A DNA stretch of 64,000 nucleotides from an uncultured cyanobacterium (GCA_963793265.1 CAWBZI010000005.1:288001-352000); one strand, 5' to 3'; positions 9,733 to 19,291 are shown, counted from the stretch's first letter. The notes: generated by a model from the letters alone, not told the origin. A program made the numbers and translations.

Positions 9733-10006
9733 GGGCAACAGTTAAACGCTTGTGCTGTGATTAGAATCGCGCTTTGGTCGGGGTAGAGCTAGCAAAGTTG
9801 TGCCGCTTTGTGGAGTGCCACAGATAAGATCTGCTGTGTGTGCTTCGGCTTTAGAAATTGGCGCTGCAAAGATACGTGGATAAAATCATAAACGGGTAAG
9901 AGTACGCTTGGAGAAAGCTACCGATAGATTCTAGTTCTTAGTCGCAGACTAAGCGCGCTAACATAGCAAAGCTGTAGCACTCATATAGCCTCTGTTAAAT
10001 CACCCC

Positions 10007-12013
10007 ATGAACCAAGCTTTTATCGATCTAGATGAACTGATAGTGCGATGTAGAGATAAGTCATCTAGAAAATTCATTCAAGAGGCGGTGTCATGCTATC
10101 GTGCTGGCGCATTTCGCTCTTGTGTTGTCGCCACCTGGAATGCAGTAGTTTTTGATTTTCTTCACAAGCTCAGAGAACTAGAGCTACTAGGTGATAAAGA
10201 AGCCATACAGTTACTAGAGAACTTCGAGAAACTAAGAAGTTCTGGAAATCAGTTCAAAGAACTTTGGCAATTTGAATCCGATATTCCCGATATAGCTCTC
10301 AAAAAATTTGAACTAATTTCTGCTATAGAGAAGTCAGACATTGAAAGATTATTTGAAGATAGAAGTAGGTGTGCTCATCCATCTATGGCATCTCTAGAGG
10401 AACCCTTTGAAGCGACGGCAGAGCTAGCTCGATATCATCTAAGAAGCGCAGTGAAGCATCTGCTTGAACGTCCTCCGGTTCAAGGACGGGCGGCCCGAAA
10501 GAGGATTTTCCAAGATATAAAGTCTGAGTATTTTCCAGTAGATCCAGAGTTGGCGTTGCAGCATTTCAAGAAAAGCCCACTAGCCCGTGCGAGAAGGGTT
10601 CTAATTAAAGACGTTATTATAGGGACGACAAAAGATCTGTTGATAGAAGAACGACAAGAAGATGAAAGATCGCGTCAATTTTCAGCGTTGAATGCTATAA
10701 CAGCTATGTATCCGACAGAAACACGAGAGATACTCAATAGCCAATTATCCAATATCATCCTAAGCAGGGTTACAGACGATGCTTGGGAGAGAGTTATTGC
10801 ATACCTTAGTACAGTTTCCGCATGGGACAGTTTGAGCGAGCCTTGCATTCTAAAGGCGAAAACGTACATAGATAAAATTGACGTTTTCAAAAAGCCTCAG
10901 AGCTACTTCAAGCGGATCTCAGAAGAATCCATTGCTCTATTAGCAGAAGCCTCTCATATCAGTTTTTTGAGAGAAAACGTCTCAAATAAGCTTCAGATAC
11001 CACTACAGAGCCTACTTTCACTAAAAGAATCTTGCACAGATGTTTTTTTCAAGAAGACAATACTCCTTCCCATGTTGAAGGAGCTGTCTCCGTCAGCCAA
11101 TCTGAAAGAGCTTCTCTCCATGAGGTTAGAAGAATCGTTAGCATCTGACGAAACTGTTCAGGCTCATATCAAGCAGAAAGTTCAGAATGCTCTCGCAAAG
11201 GATTTGGTAGCAGCAATAGACACTCATCGCGAAGATGTCTGGCTCGTTCAAATAGCTTCAACCGACCTAGAAACAAAAATTCCAGAATTGGATATAGAGG
11301 ATTTATTGGGGCTTAAGTACAAGTATCAATCGATAGAAGAAGCAAATTCATCGATCCTCGAACTATTTAACGAATCTATTACTAGCAAGGTGCAGCAAGA
11401 GGTAAACTATATATCACTAGAGGAAATTTCGCTACTAATTAGCGAGTACGAAGACGAGTTCTTCATTGACTTAATTAATTCTGACTTTGAGGACAAGATC
11501 GTTACGGCTGGTCTAGAAGATTTGCTATATGCAAAGTCAACATACAAATTGATAGCAAAGCCCAGGGTGGAAGTACTTGAAATGTTAGATAAATCGATTC
11601 TTTCTCAAATTGAGGAAACTGAGTTTGATGATCTCCTTGACCTGAGAAAATACTGGAGTGAAGTTGACAGCGAATTAATAGAGCCGATGTTGAAGAATAA
11701 TATCCCAATAGTCATCGACAGGTTTGCAAAGTCTGGCTCTTTCGATTCTGCCGGACGCAATGCTGAGCTTTTAAACGAAGTTGCAGAACATCTAAGCTTG
11801 GAACAATGGGAAAGTATACTAGAGGCATTCTTCCAAAATGACCAGATTTATTACTCATTTAGATGTTACGAACGTTTTGAATCACTGTTTGAGAAGTCTG
11901 TAGAAGTTAGCGGCTCAGTACAACCATATTGGATTTCCTTTAGAGAAAAGCTTGCCCCCTTTAAGAGTAAGCATAGCAATAGCTTGAAACGTCTAATAGA
12001 CAATAGACAGTAG
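10007..12013 (+). CDS. HEPN-domain protein with long helical C-terminal region, putative defence protein
   Basis: EAVSCYRAGAFRSCVVATW..EDRSRCAHPS (Rx4H). AT-rich and HIP1-free. Confidence 0.65.
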   Translation: MNQAFIDLDELIVRCRDKSSRKFIQEAVSCYRAGAFRSCVVATWNAVVFDFLHKLRELELLGDKEAIQLLENFEKLRSSGNQFKELWQFESDIPDIALKKFELISAIEKSDIERLFEDRSRCAHPSMASLEEPFEATAELARYHLRSAVKHLLERPPVQGRAARKRIFQDIKSEYFPVDPELALQHFKKSPLARARRVLIKDVIIGTTKDLLIEERQEDERSRQFSALNAITAMYPTETREILNSQLSNIILSRVTDDAWERVIAYLSTVSAWDSLSEPCILKAKTYIDKIDVFKKPQSYFKRISEESIALLAEASHISFLRENVSNKLQIPLQSLLSLKESCTDVFFKKTILLPMLKELSPSANLKELLSMRLEESLASDETVQAHIKQKVQNALAKDLVAAIDTHREDVWLVQIASTDLETKIPELDIEDLLGLKYKYQSIEEANSSILELFNESITSKVQQEVNYISLEEISLLISEYEDEFFIDLINSDFEDKIVTAGLEDLLYAKSTYKLIAKPRVEVLEMLDKSILSQIEETEFDDLLDLRKYWSEVDSELIEPMLKNNIPIVIDRFAKSGSFDSAGRNAELLNEVAEHLSLEQWESILEAFFQNDQIYYSFRCYERFESLFEKSVEVSGSVQPYWISFREKLAPFKSKHSNSLKRLIDNRQ

Positions 12014-12046
12014 AAAATGGACTTCTTTGAATGAAGCCTCAAAAGA

Positions 12047-12284
12047 GTTGTCATTATCACGATGTATTACAACGATCATACGCCACCTCATTTTCACGTC
12101 CGCTATGGTGGTCAAAAGGCTCTGATCTCAATTGAAAACTTTACAGTCTTAGAAGGCAAGCTCAAGCCTCCGTGCGCTGGGTTTAGTTGTTGAATGGGCA
12201 TCTTTGCATCAAGCCGAGCTGATGAATGATTGGGAGCTGGCTCGCCAACATGCAGAATTAGAGAAAATCGAACCACTGGAATAG
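12047..12284 (+). pseudogene. DUF4160 (DhiT-like toxin) remnant, 5'-truncated and frameshifted
   Basis: IITMYYNDHTPPHFHVRYG..EGKLKP, one extra C near 12170, then RALGLVVEWASLHQAELMNDW..KIEPLE*. In-frame TGA at 12032 upstream. Confidence 0.8.
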
Positions 12285-12288
12285 AGCT

Positions 12289-12570
12289 ATGCTTAAAGAT
12301 ATTACTGATGTAAAGCTGCTCGATGGGTTTTGCCTACATATCACCTTTGAAGATGATGTAGAAGGGTCTGTCGATATTCAAGAGCTAGTAGACTTTACAG
12401 GGATTTTTTCACCGCTTGCAGACCCAGAGTATTTTGCTCAAGTCACGGTTAGCCCTGATCTAGGAACTATCTGCTGGCCCAATCACGCCGACCTCGACCC
12501 AGATGTGTTGTATTCCATAGTCACTAATTGCCCACTGCCGACCTATCCCAAAGCGACGACATCTTCATAG
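12289..12570 (+). CDS. DUF2442 protein (DhiA-like antitoxin)
   Basis: LHITFEDD..GIFSPL.D..F..GTICWPN.ADLDPD, directly after the DUF4160 remnant. Confidence 0.85.
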   Translation: MLKDITDVKLLDGFCLHITFEDDVEGSVDIQELVDFTGIFSPLADPEYFAQVTVSPDLGTICWPNHADLDPDVLYSIVTNCPLPTYPKATTSS

Positions 12571-12665
12571 GAGATCTTCCGATAAAAGGTCTTCGCCATC
12601 GCGCCAACAATATTCCATACAAGCTAGGCTGCTATACTGGCGAAGAATTAGGCAGGACAAGTGTT

Positions 12666-14378
12666 ATGGGCTTTTCTTCTTGGCGATCTTCCCTTAGAAG
12701 GGCTGCGCGATCGCAACGCTATGCAACCTACCTCTGTGCCTGTCTACTCAGTTGCGTTTTTACGCTTAGTTTGATGGCCCCAGCATCGGCACAAACGACA
12801 GTGACCTGGGATGATTTGCAGTCACACTCTACTCACCTGCGCAATCCATACGAGCATTTGACCACTACGCAAACCTATCAACTCTCTAACCTATATCAGC
12901 TACGAGAATGGATAAAGGTCAATCAGCCCGCACCTGAGAGTTATGAAAGAAAGGAACTTCAGCGGCTAGAAGAATTGTTTGCGGCTGAAGGCATGGATGC
13001 TAATGAGCTGCTGAAGGAGGCAGACGAAGCCCGAGCGTATTGGGCAGCGCAGTCTAGTACGACGAATGCCGATATTACGGAAAGCCCCATCGTTATCGAC
13101 GGCTACATATTGCCATTAGGAGTCAAGGAGCCGGATGCAGGACAAAATAACACTCAGGAAGAGCTGATCAACGAGTTTTTGCTAGTGCCCTACGTGGGGG
13201 CTTGTATCCATGTGCCAGCACCACCGCCGAATCAAATGGTGTATATCAAAACCTCTGAGGCTGTTGAAAATCCAGGTATGTTTTCGCCTGTGCAAGTAGA
13301 GGGTGAGCTACAAGCCCATGAGGGGAGCTATGAGCTGTTTCAAGTAGATGGTTCTCGGACAGTAGAGGTAAGCTACAAAATGACCCTGAGCGCGATCGCC
13401 CCTACGACCAACCAGCCAGTAGCACCTTCGCAAATAGGTGGTTCTCTGCTGACCCTCCAGGGATGGAAGCAGCTCCCTGCGACCATTTCCAATACGTTAA
13501 CCACCGCCCTTAACCGCATACAAGGTCAGAAGTCTCCCCAAGCGATGATTTGGGCGCTGCTACTGTCTTTTAGCTACGGCGTTTTGCATACGCTAGGGCC
13601 GGGGCACGGCAAGGCGGTGATTGTCTCCTACTTTGTAGGACAGGGGGGCAGCTTGCAGCGAGGGCTGCGAATGGGCGGGCAAATTGCAATTTTTCACGTG
13701 CTCTCAGCGGTTTTGCTAGTGATTGTTACCGATACAGTGGTTCGTCAAATAGGCGGTTCGACAGAGCGTAACTATCACGTGGTTCAGCTTATCAGCTATG
13801 GCGCGATCACTCTCTTAGGTGGCTGGATGCTACGGCAGACTTTCACCCAAAAAACAAAGCATCCAATGGCATCCTCTGCTGTAGTACTACCGCCAGATCA
13901 AACCCCAGACGCCTTACTCTATCCGAGCTTAAGCCAACAGATTCAGTCATCTGTTCCACCTGCAAAGCGTCAAACCCCGTCTCAACAAGGCGATCAAAAT
14001 AGCTGGATAAGCTGTAGCTGTTTATCTTGTGAGGACGCCAACAGTGTAAGCGGCTGGCTGGCGCTAGCGGTAGGCGCGGTTCCCTGTAGTGGTGCTTTGT
14101 TGGTGTTGCTATACGGGCTGGCTAATGGCCTGCTGTGGCAAAGTGTGGCGATGGTGCTGGCTATTTCAACAGGGATGGCAATGACGCTTGCCTGCATTGG
14201 CATGATAGCGATTTTTACGCATCAATGGGGCGCTCAGGTGGCTCAGGCGCGACTTGAAAAGAAGAAGGCGATCGCACTGCCAATTCCTTTGGCTCAGCTA
14301 GGGCGAATTATCGGTGCGAGCTGCGTGTGTCTGCTAGGCGTTTCACTCTTTGCGGCCACTTGGATGACGGGCGTTTAA
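12666..14378 (+). CDS. DUF3299 domain fused to RcnA/NiCoT-like metal transporter
   Basis: Signal peptide, EFLLVPYVGACIHVPAPPPNQ (DUF3299), then YGVLHTLGPGHGKAV and GAVPCSGAL with TM helices. Start taken at ATG 12666. Confidence 0.8.
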   Translation: MGFSSWRSSLRRAARSQRYATYLCACLLSCVFTLSLMAPASAQTTVTWDDLQSHSTHLRNPYEHLTTTQTYQLSNLYQLREWIKVNQPAPESYERKELQRLEELFAAEGMDANELLKEADEARAYWAAQSSTTNADITESPIVIDGYILPLGVKEPDAGQNNTQEELINEFLLVPYVGACIHVPAPPPNQMVYIKTSEAVENPGMFSPVQVEGELQAHEGSYELFQVDGSRTVEVSYKMTLSAIAPTTNQPVAPSQIGGSLLTLQGWKQLPATISNTLTTALNRIQGQKSPQAMIWALLLSFSYGVLHTLGPGHGKAVIVSYFVGQGGSLQRGLRMGGQIAIFHVLSAVLLVIVTDTVVRQIGGSTERNYHVVQLISYGAITLLGGWMLRQTFTQKTKHPMASSAVVLPPDQTPDALLYPSLSQQIQSSVPPAKRQTPSQQGDQNSWISCSCLSCEDANSVSGWLALAVGAVPCSGALLVLLYGLANGLLWQSVAMVLAISTGMAMTLACIGMIAIFTHQWGAQVAQARLEKKKAIALPIPLAQLGRIIGASCVCLLGVSLFAATWMTGV

Positions 14379-15622
14379 CGACCAATGCTCGCTTTAGTCA
14401 GGGCTGGCACAATGCGATCGCACGCCAGCTTTGCCCCAAACAAGTTCCTGGCCACTGGCCCCACCTGCAACGCACTCCAAGGGCCCATCAAAAACAAATT
14501 ACAGCCGGGCCAGCGTAAGTGCTGATCCAACACGGGCAGTCCATTGACAGTCTCTATAGGGTATTGCGCCAAAATCTCTCCTAGAATAGGCTGCGATGCA
14601 ATATTAAGCTGCGTCCCCGTCGCTAGCCAAATTCGGTCAATGCGCTGATGCTCAAAACAATCATGCACCGCCATATTGTTGCACTGCACTTGCCAGTGAG
14701 TCTTTTGCCAGACCGCATTAGTCACCTCACACTGCTCATAGAGAATAATGCGACCTTCTCGGGAGAGTTTTCGCAACTTTGTGAAGGCTTCTGGGGTAAA
14801 GGAACCCCCGTCACGGGCCTGTTGGATCATCTGCCAGCGTTTGTGCCAGTCGGCTTCCGCCTCAAACGCTTTCAAATATTTTGGCCCTAACCAACCAGGA
14901 GCCGCATCGAAAATCTTCTCCTTAAACGGGCGTCGCCCTAACAACAGAACCTTTGCGCCGCGCTTGATAGCCCCCAGGGCTAGGTGAGCGCTCGTCAGTC
15001 CGCCACCCACAATCAACACCGTTTCTCCCGCTAGCATAGGTAAATCAGGTAGCCTCACCGCTTGCGCATGACAAAGGCGCTCTGGTGGATACTCAGGGGA
15101 GCGATCGCTCAAATGTTTTGCCCAGTCTGGCAGTTTAGGCTTTGCCGAACCAGTTGCGATAATGACTCGCCGGGCGATCGCGGTTCTCCCATCATTTAAA
15201 GTCAAGCAAAATCTCCCCTTCTGAGGCATCAGCCCCACGACCTGAGCCTTCACGACCCGATCACGCAAATGCCATCGGTCAATCACCGTTTCACAAAACT
15301 CTTGAAACAGCGTTGTTCCTGGACGGCCATACGGATTGTGCAGCTCGTCTTGCCGTTTTTCAGCAAAACTTCGCAGGGCATGAGGGTTGCTGTCGGGGTG
15401 GTGAACAGCCGGGGAGCGCAGATGGGGAATTTCCTGGGCGGCAAATTGTCGATGCCACTGAGCTAGCCAGGTGCCGCTCGGATCGAACACCTGAAAGCCA
15501 GGGGAGAGGCCCGCGTTGAGGCGATCGCGCATTTTCTTTTTCTTTTGCAACAGTTGGGTCACCAACGTCAGCGCCTGTGGCCCCGCACCAATAATCGCAA
15601 TATCAGTGTGAACAATGCTCAA
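14375..15622 (-). CDS. FAD/NAD(P)-binding oxidoreductase
   Basis: IAIIGAGPQAL, HLRSPAVHHPD, IATG, IVGGGLTSAHL and WLATG motifs. Start taken at the TTG following AGGAGG. Confidence 0.85.
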   Translation of the reverse strand: MSIVHTDIAIIGAGPQALTLVTQLLQKKKKMRDRLNAGLSPGFQVFDPSGTWLAQWHRQFAAQEIPHLRSPAVHHPDSNPHALRSFAEKRQDELHNPYGRPGTTLFQEFCETVIDRWHLRDRVVKAQVVGLMPQKGRFCLTLNDGRTAIARRVIIATGSAKPKLPDWAKHLSDRSPEYPPERLCHAQAVRLPDLPMLAGETVLIVGGGLTSAHLALGAIKRGAKVLLLGRRPFKEKIFDAAPGWLGPKYLKAFEAEADWHKRWQMIQQARDGGSFTPEAFTKLRKLSREGRIILYEQCEVTNAVWQKTHWQVQCNNMAVHDCFEHQRIDRIWLATGTQLNIASQPILGEILAQYPIETVNGLPVLDQHLRWPGCNLFLMGPWSALQVGPVARNLFGAKLACDRIVPALTKASIGR

Positions 15623-15700
15623 ACCCAGCCCTCCTTCTATTTTTGTATTAAAGAAATAAAAATTACTAATTTGCATGAGCGAATACTGCCCAATATAATA

Positions 15701-15715
15701 TGATAATGATTATCA
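15701..15715. promoter_or_regulatory. Zur box 1
   Basis: Perfect TGATAAT-G-ATTATCA between divergent genes. Confidence 0.92.
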
Positions 15716-15741
15716 TTTTCAAATAGTTTCAGAATTTGCCT

Positions 15742-15924
15742 ATGTTAACCGTTGTAGCAGGCGCTTTAGGAGCGGGGAAAACCCACTGGATTCATGAGCA
15801 AATGACCGCGCAAGACGGTTTGGAGCAAGTGCGTGCAGAGTCACTGCTGTACATCAACCCGCTCACGGTTGGGGTCGATGCTTATCGGTTTGGCCGCTCT
15901 CGAAGCTGTCCTTACCGATATTGA
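15742..15924 (+). pseudogene. 5' fragment of a COG0523-like P-loop GTPase
   Basis: MLTVVAGALGAGKTHWI Walker A. Similarity ends near 15889 where phosphoesterase sequence starts in another frame. Confidence 0.7.
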
Positions 15925-16723
15925 CCAGCAAGGCGCTGACAAAACCTTTTGCCTGGGCGATTTGGTCGGCTATGGCCCTTATCCCAATGAAGTTGTCGAG
16001 GTGATTCGCGATCGCCAAATTCCTTCCTGTCAGGGCTGCTGGGATGAAGACATTATCGACGGCCTCAACGCCTGCGAATGCAGCTACCCCTCACTACTCG
16101 CTGAAAAACGCGGTCATCTCGCCCACCAGTGGACAGACGCCGAAGTCACTGCCGAAACCCGCGAGTACCTGGCCCAAATGCCCCTAGCTTTGCGCCATGA
16201 GAATCTTTGTTTTGTCCATGGCAGTCCCCAAAGCCAGCACGAGTATCTTCTACCCGAAACCAGCGCCTTCATGGCCCTAGAAAGAGTACTCTCAACCGGT
16301 GCCGACGTGCTCTTTTGCGGTCACACCCATGTGCCCTATGTCCGCACGCTCAGCGACGGGCAGCTCCAAATTCGCGTGATTAAAGATGATAAGCCTGCTG
16401 GCAAAAGCACTTCAAAGCCTACTGCAAACCGTCTTGCTAGCAGTGAGATAACAACGCCCAGCCAAACGCTCACCACGCCGCTAAAACGCATTATCAATGC
16501 CGGTTCGGTCGGTGAGCCGAGACACGGCGAACCCCAGGCCACCTATGTCATTTACAACACGCTTACTCAGCAGACAATTTTTCGTGAAGTCGATTATGAC
16601 TACGCCAAAACCTGCGCGGCCATTCTAGAAAAAGGACTGCCGCCCATTTTTGCTTGGCGACTGTCTCAAGGTCTTGAGTTTGCCGAAAAAGCAGACGATC
16701 CGACCCATGTGTGCGAGCGTTGA
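15878..16723 (+). pseudogene. Metallophosphoesterase lacking its first (HGN) metal motif
   Basis: Starts at LAALEAVL. CLGDLVGYG, FVHGSP, CGHTH and NAGSVGEPR are present but the N-terminal strand/HGN is missing. A truncated product could start at ATG 15878. Confidence 0.7.
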
Positions 16724-16783
16724 AGTTGGCATTGAAATTGGCGTTGAGGTTTATTGATCTTTATTCTTGCAGCAGCAGCGATT

Positions 16784-17536
16784 ATGGTTTGGGCAATTTT
16801 GAGCGGTATTGAGGGCAATTTGACGGCTTACAAAGCTGTACTCAAAGATATTCAAAAGCAGTCCGTCAAGGTAGATGAACTCTATATCTTGGGCGATTTG
16901 ATTGGCCCTCGACCAGAGTCAGAAGCCTTAGTGAAGTACGTTCAGCAATCGCAATCGCTCACGCCTCAAATTTGCTTAGGCTGGTGGGAAGAACAACTTT
17001 TTAACCTGTATGGCTCAGGCACCGATCCAGATGGCGTGCAGCTCAGACAAAGGTACGGAGCCGACGCAATTGAGCACCTATGGAAAGCCGTTTCTCGCGA
17101 CAGTGTAAAGTGGTTGCGCGGACTAGACTTTGGCTTTTTCGAGCTAGACTGCCTGCTCATCCACGGCAGCACTCTTGGCTGTGATGACGAACTCACCCCC
17201 AAAACCAATCCACTCACGCTGTTGGATCGCCTACTGCGCTCAGACGCTAATTCTCTTTTCTGCGGACGCTCTGGCTTAGCTTTTCAGTATCAGTTACCCT
17301 CCGCTCAGATCACCTCTACTGTTGAAACCTTAGGATCAGATCAGAGCCCTAGCCTGCCTCAACAGAGTAAGCTGAACCCTCGACAAATTATCGGCGTGGG
17401 CAATGTCGGTCGGTTGGCAGGCTATGCCAGCTACGCGCTGTACAATCCTGGGACAAACATTGTTCAATTTCAGCACGTAAACTACGCCAAAATGCTCAAC
17501 ACTGTTTCCAGCTCTCGTGGAAAAGGTTTTGCGTAG
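16784..17536 (+). CDS. Degenerate metallophosphoesterase-fold protein
   Basis: SGIEGN, ILGDLIG, IHGS, CGRSG and GVGNVG; several metal ligands are substituted. Confidence 0.8.
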   Translation: MVWAILSGIEGNLTAYKAVLKDIQKQSVKVDELYILGDLIGPRPESEALVKYVQQSQSLTPQICLGWWEEQLFNLYGSGTDPDGVQLRQRYGADAIEHLWKAVSRDSVKWLRGLDFGFFELDCLLIHGSTLGCDDELTPKTNPLTLLDRLLRSDANSLFCGRSGLAFQYQLPSAQITSTVETLGSDQSPSLPQQSKLNPRQIIGVGNVGRLAGYASYALYNPGTNIVQFQHVNYAKMLNTVSSSRGKGFA

Positions 17537-17602
17537 CTTTCAAAGCGTTGCGTAAGACTCTCTCCAAAGGCGATAACCGTTACTCAACAAGTTACTCTTC
17601 TG

Positions 17603-17634
17603 CGCAAACGTCCTAAGAGGTTAGGGCGTTTGCG
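17603..17634. terminator. Hairpin between convergent units
   Basis: CGCAAACGTCCTAA-GAGG-TTAGGGCGTTTGCG. Confidence 0.6.
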
Positions 17635-17645
17635 ACATTCAGGTG

Positions 17646-17917
17646 TTAGAAAGTTGCTTTTGAGGTTTGGCGTGCGCGCAAAGCCAGCAGCGCGATCGCA
17701 CCTAGTCCGGCTAAAGCACCCGGCTCAGGTACTTTAGTGGCAATCATTCTTTGTCCGAGTGACTCGCCTGCACCAGGATCTTCCAAAAGCTGTGCCCTTG
17801 TACGGGTAAAGAAAGCCACATCTAGGTGAGGGCCAAAGCCCACAGGCAAATTAGGAAACTCATTGCCAAAATCAGTGAGATGAACGTGAGGGATAGTTGA
17901 GCGATCGCCTAGAACGA
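17646..17917 (-). pseudogene. C-terminal remnant of a PEP-CTERM exoprotein
   Basis: KVPEPGALAGLGAIALLALRAR sorting signal. Frame is open upstream to a TAA near 17918 with no signal peptide. Confidence 0.7.
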
Positions 17918-18021
17918 TTTACAGACTCATTCAGGCGATCGCCGTTTCTCCCGACGGTCAATATTGGAATAAGGCAAAAGCGCTCAGCCAAATGTTAGAG
18001 GGGCCATAACAAAACGGAAGG

Positions 18022-19113
18022 CTACTGAGTAGGCAACAAAGCCTGAGCTGCCGCCTGATCGCAGGTGCCGCCTAGCCCATTCACAATGGTGCAGGTGTTG
18101 GCCACGAGCATACCCTGATAGCTCGCAGCAGGCGTTCCCGCTTCGCCTAATCCATCGGCATAAATCGGCTCTTCTGAAACCGCAATATCTGTTTCTCTAG
18201 AGACGGTTTCAATCAGGCCCGGATTGCTCGTTGACTCCACAAAAATGCTCGCCACATTCTTATCGGCAACAACATCGGCTAGCCCTTTAATATCTGCGGC
18301 TGAAGGCTGAGCTTCGGTACTAAAGCTATCGAGCGCAGGTTCAATTTCAATACCATAGGCGTTGGCATAGTAGCCCAGCGCACCGTGAGTACTAATTAGC
18401 GTCCGTCCTGTAGCGGGCAACGTATCTACTTGGGTTTGAATCCAGGTGTCAAGCTGTTCTAGCTGAGAAATCAGCGCTGCGGCATTAGTCTCATACAGAG
18501 CCGCATTCTCTGGAAAGGTTTCGCTCAGTTGGTTTGTAATTTCTTGCACCATAGCAACACCATTTTCAGCATCATGCCAAACGTGAGGATCGGCCTCCAT
18601 TTCACCTTCAGCGTGTTCTTCATGATCCTCACCTTCAGCATGGTCGTCATGATCTTCGCCTTCAGCATGGTCGTCATGATCTTCTCCACCGTGATCGTGG
18701 TGCTCGCCCAGTAGTGGGGCTGACACGGCTACTTCGGAAACAGCTACCGTGGGTGCAGAGAGGTCAGTCGCTTCCACCATTTTGATAATTTCGGGCTCAA
18801 ACTCATAGCCGTTGTATAAAACCAAGTCGGCTGCTTCGATAGCTCGTCTGTCTGTAGGAGTAGCGCTGTACACGTGGGGATCTTGCCCCGCATCAATCAG
18901 ACAGGTCACGTCTACAGTGGTCTGAGCAATTTGCTCTGTTAAATCGCAAAGCACGCTGTAGCTGGCAACCACTTGAGGCGTTCCTTCAACAGAGGTTTCA
19001 GACTGTGGCTGACTGCTGGTGTTTTGAGCGCTCTCGGGCTGCGTACAGCTAAGCGCCGTAAACGCCAGGGAAAGTACGGTTAACCTTGAGAAGAGACGAA
19101 GGGATATCTGCAT
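18022..19113 (-). CDS. znuA: Zinc ABC transporter substrate-binding lipoprotein
   Basis: ALSC lipobox, DPHVY, His/Asp-rich loop, DPHVW and THGA motifs. Zur box upstream. Confidence 0.9.
   Translation of the reverse strand: MQISLRLFSRLTVLSLAFTALSCTQPESAQNTSSQPQSETSVEGTPQVVASYSVLCDLTEQIAQTTVDVTCLIDAGQDPHVYSATPTDRRAIEAADLVLYNGYEFEPEIIKMVEATDLSAPTVAVSEVAVSAPLLGEHHDHGGEDHDDHAEGEDHDDHAEGEDHEEHAEGEMEADPHVWHDAENGVAMVQEITNQLSETFPENAALYETNAAALISQLEQLDTWIQTQVDTLPATGRTLISTHGALGYYANAYGIEIEPALDSFSTEAQPSAADIKGLADVVADKNVASIFVESTSNPGLIETVSRETDIAVSEEPIYADGLGEAGTPAASYQGMLVANTCTIVNGLGGTCDQAAAQALLPTQ
18602..18682 (-). repeat. 3 x 27-bp coding tandem repeat (DHDDHAEGE) in the ZnuA His loop
   Basis: Units start at 18602, 18629 and 18656. 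Confidence 0.85.
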
Positions 19114-19149
19114 GGGGGCACAGCTACTCGCGTAGTCTTGACATTGATT

Positions 19150-19164
19150 TGATAATGATTATCA
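19150..19164. promoter_or_regulatory. Zur box 2
   Basis: Perfect TGATAATGATTATCA upstream of znuA. Confidence 0.92.
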
Positions 19165-19291
19165 TTCTTGAATATATATCAAGAAGCGCCTTTTGCAACC
19201 CGCTTCTTAACAAAATAATGCCGCGACCAAAACAAGGCCGTGTCCGTGGCCCGCTAGAATTGGGCTGTAAACCCTGCACCTGTTTAAACTT

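Noticed and set aside
9733..9900. Possible - strand sRNA or small ORF implied by terminator orientation
   Set aside because: No convincing ORF or recognisable RNA motif; the hairpin may serve the upstream + strand genes.
12045..12059. Half Zur-like site ending CATTATCA
   Set aside because: The left half does not match, and it lies in pseudogene coding sequence.
12528..12665. N-terminal extension of the 616-aa ORF
   Set aside because: Overlaps DUF2442 and precedes the signal peptide; ATG 12666 is the more plausible start.
15736..15748. TTTGCCTATGTTA shared around the starts of both COG0523-type genes (also near 24428)
   Set aside because: A 13-bp match that includes the start codon; too short to separate from chance or shared translation context.
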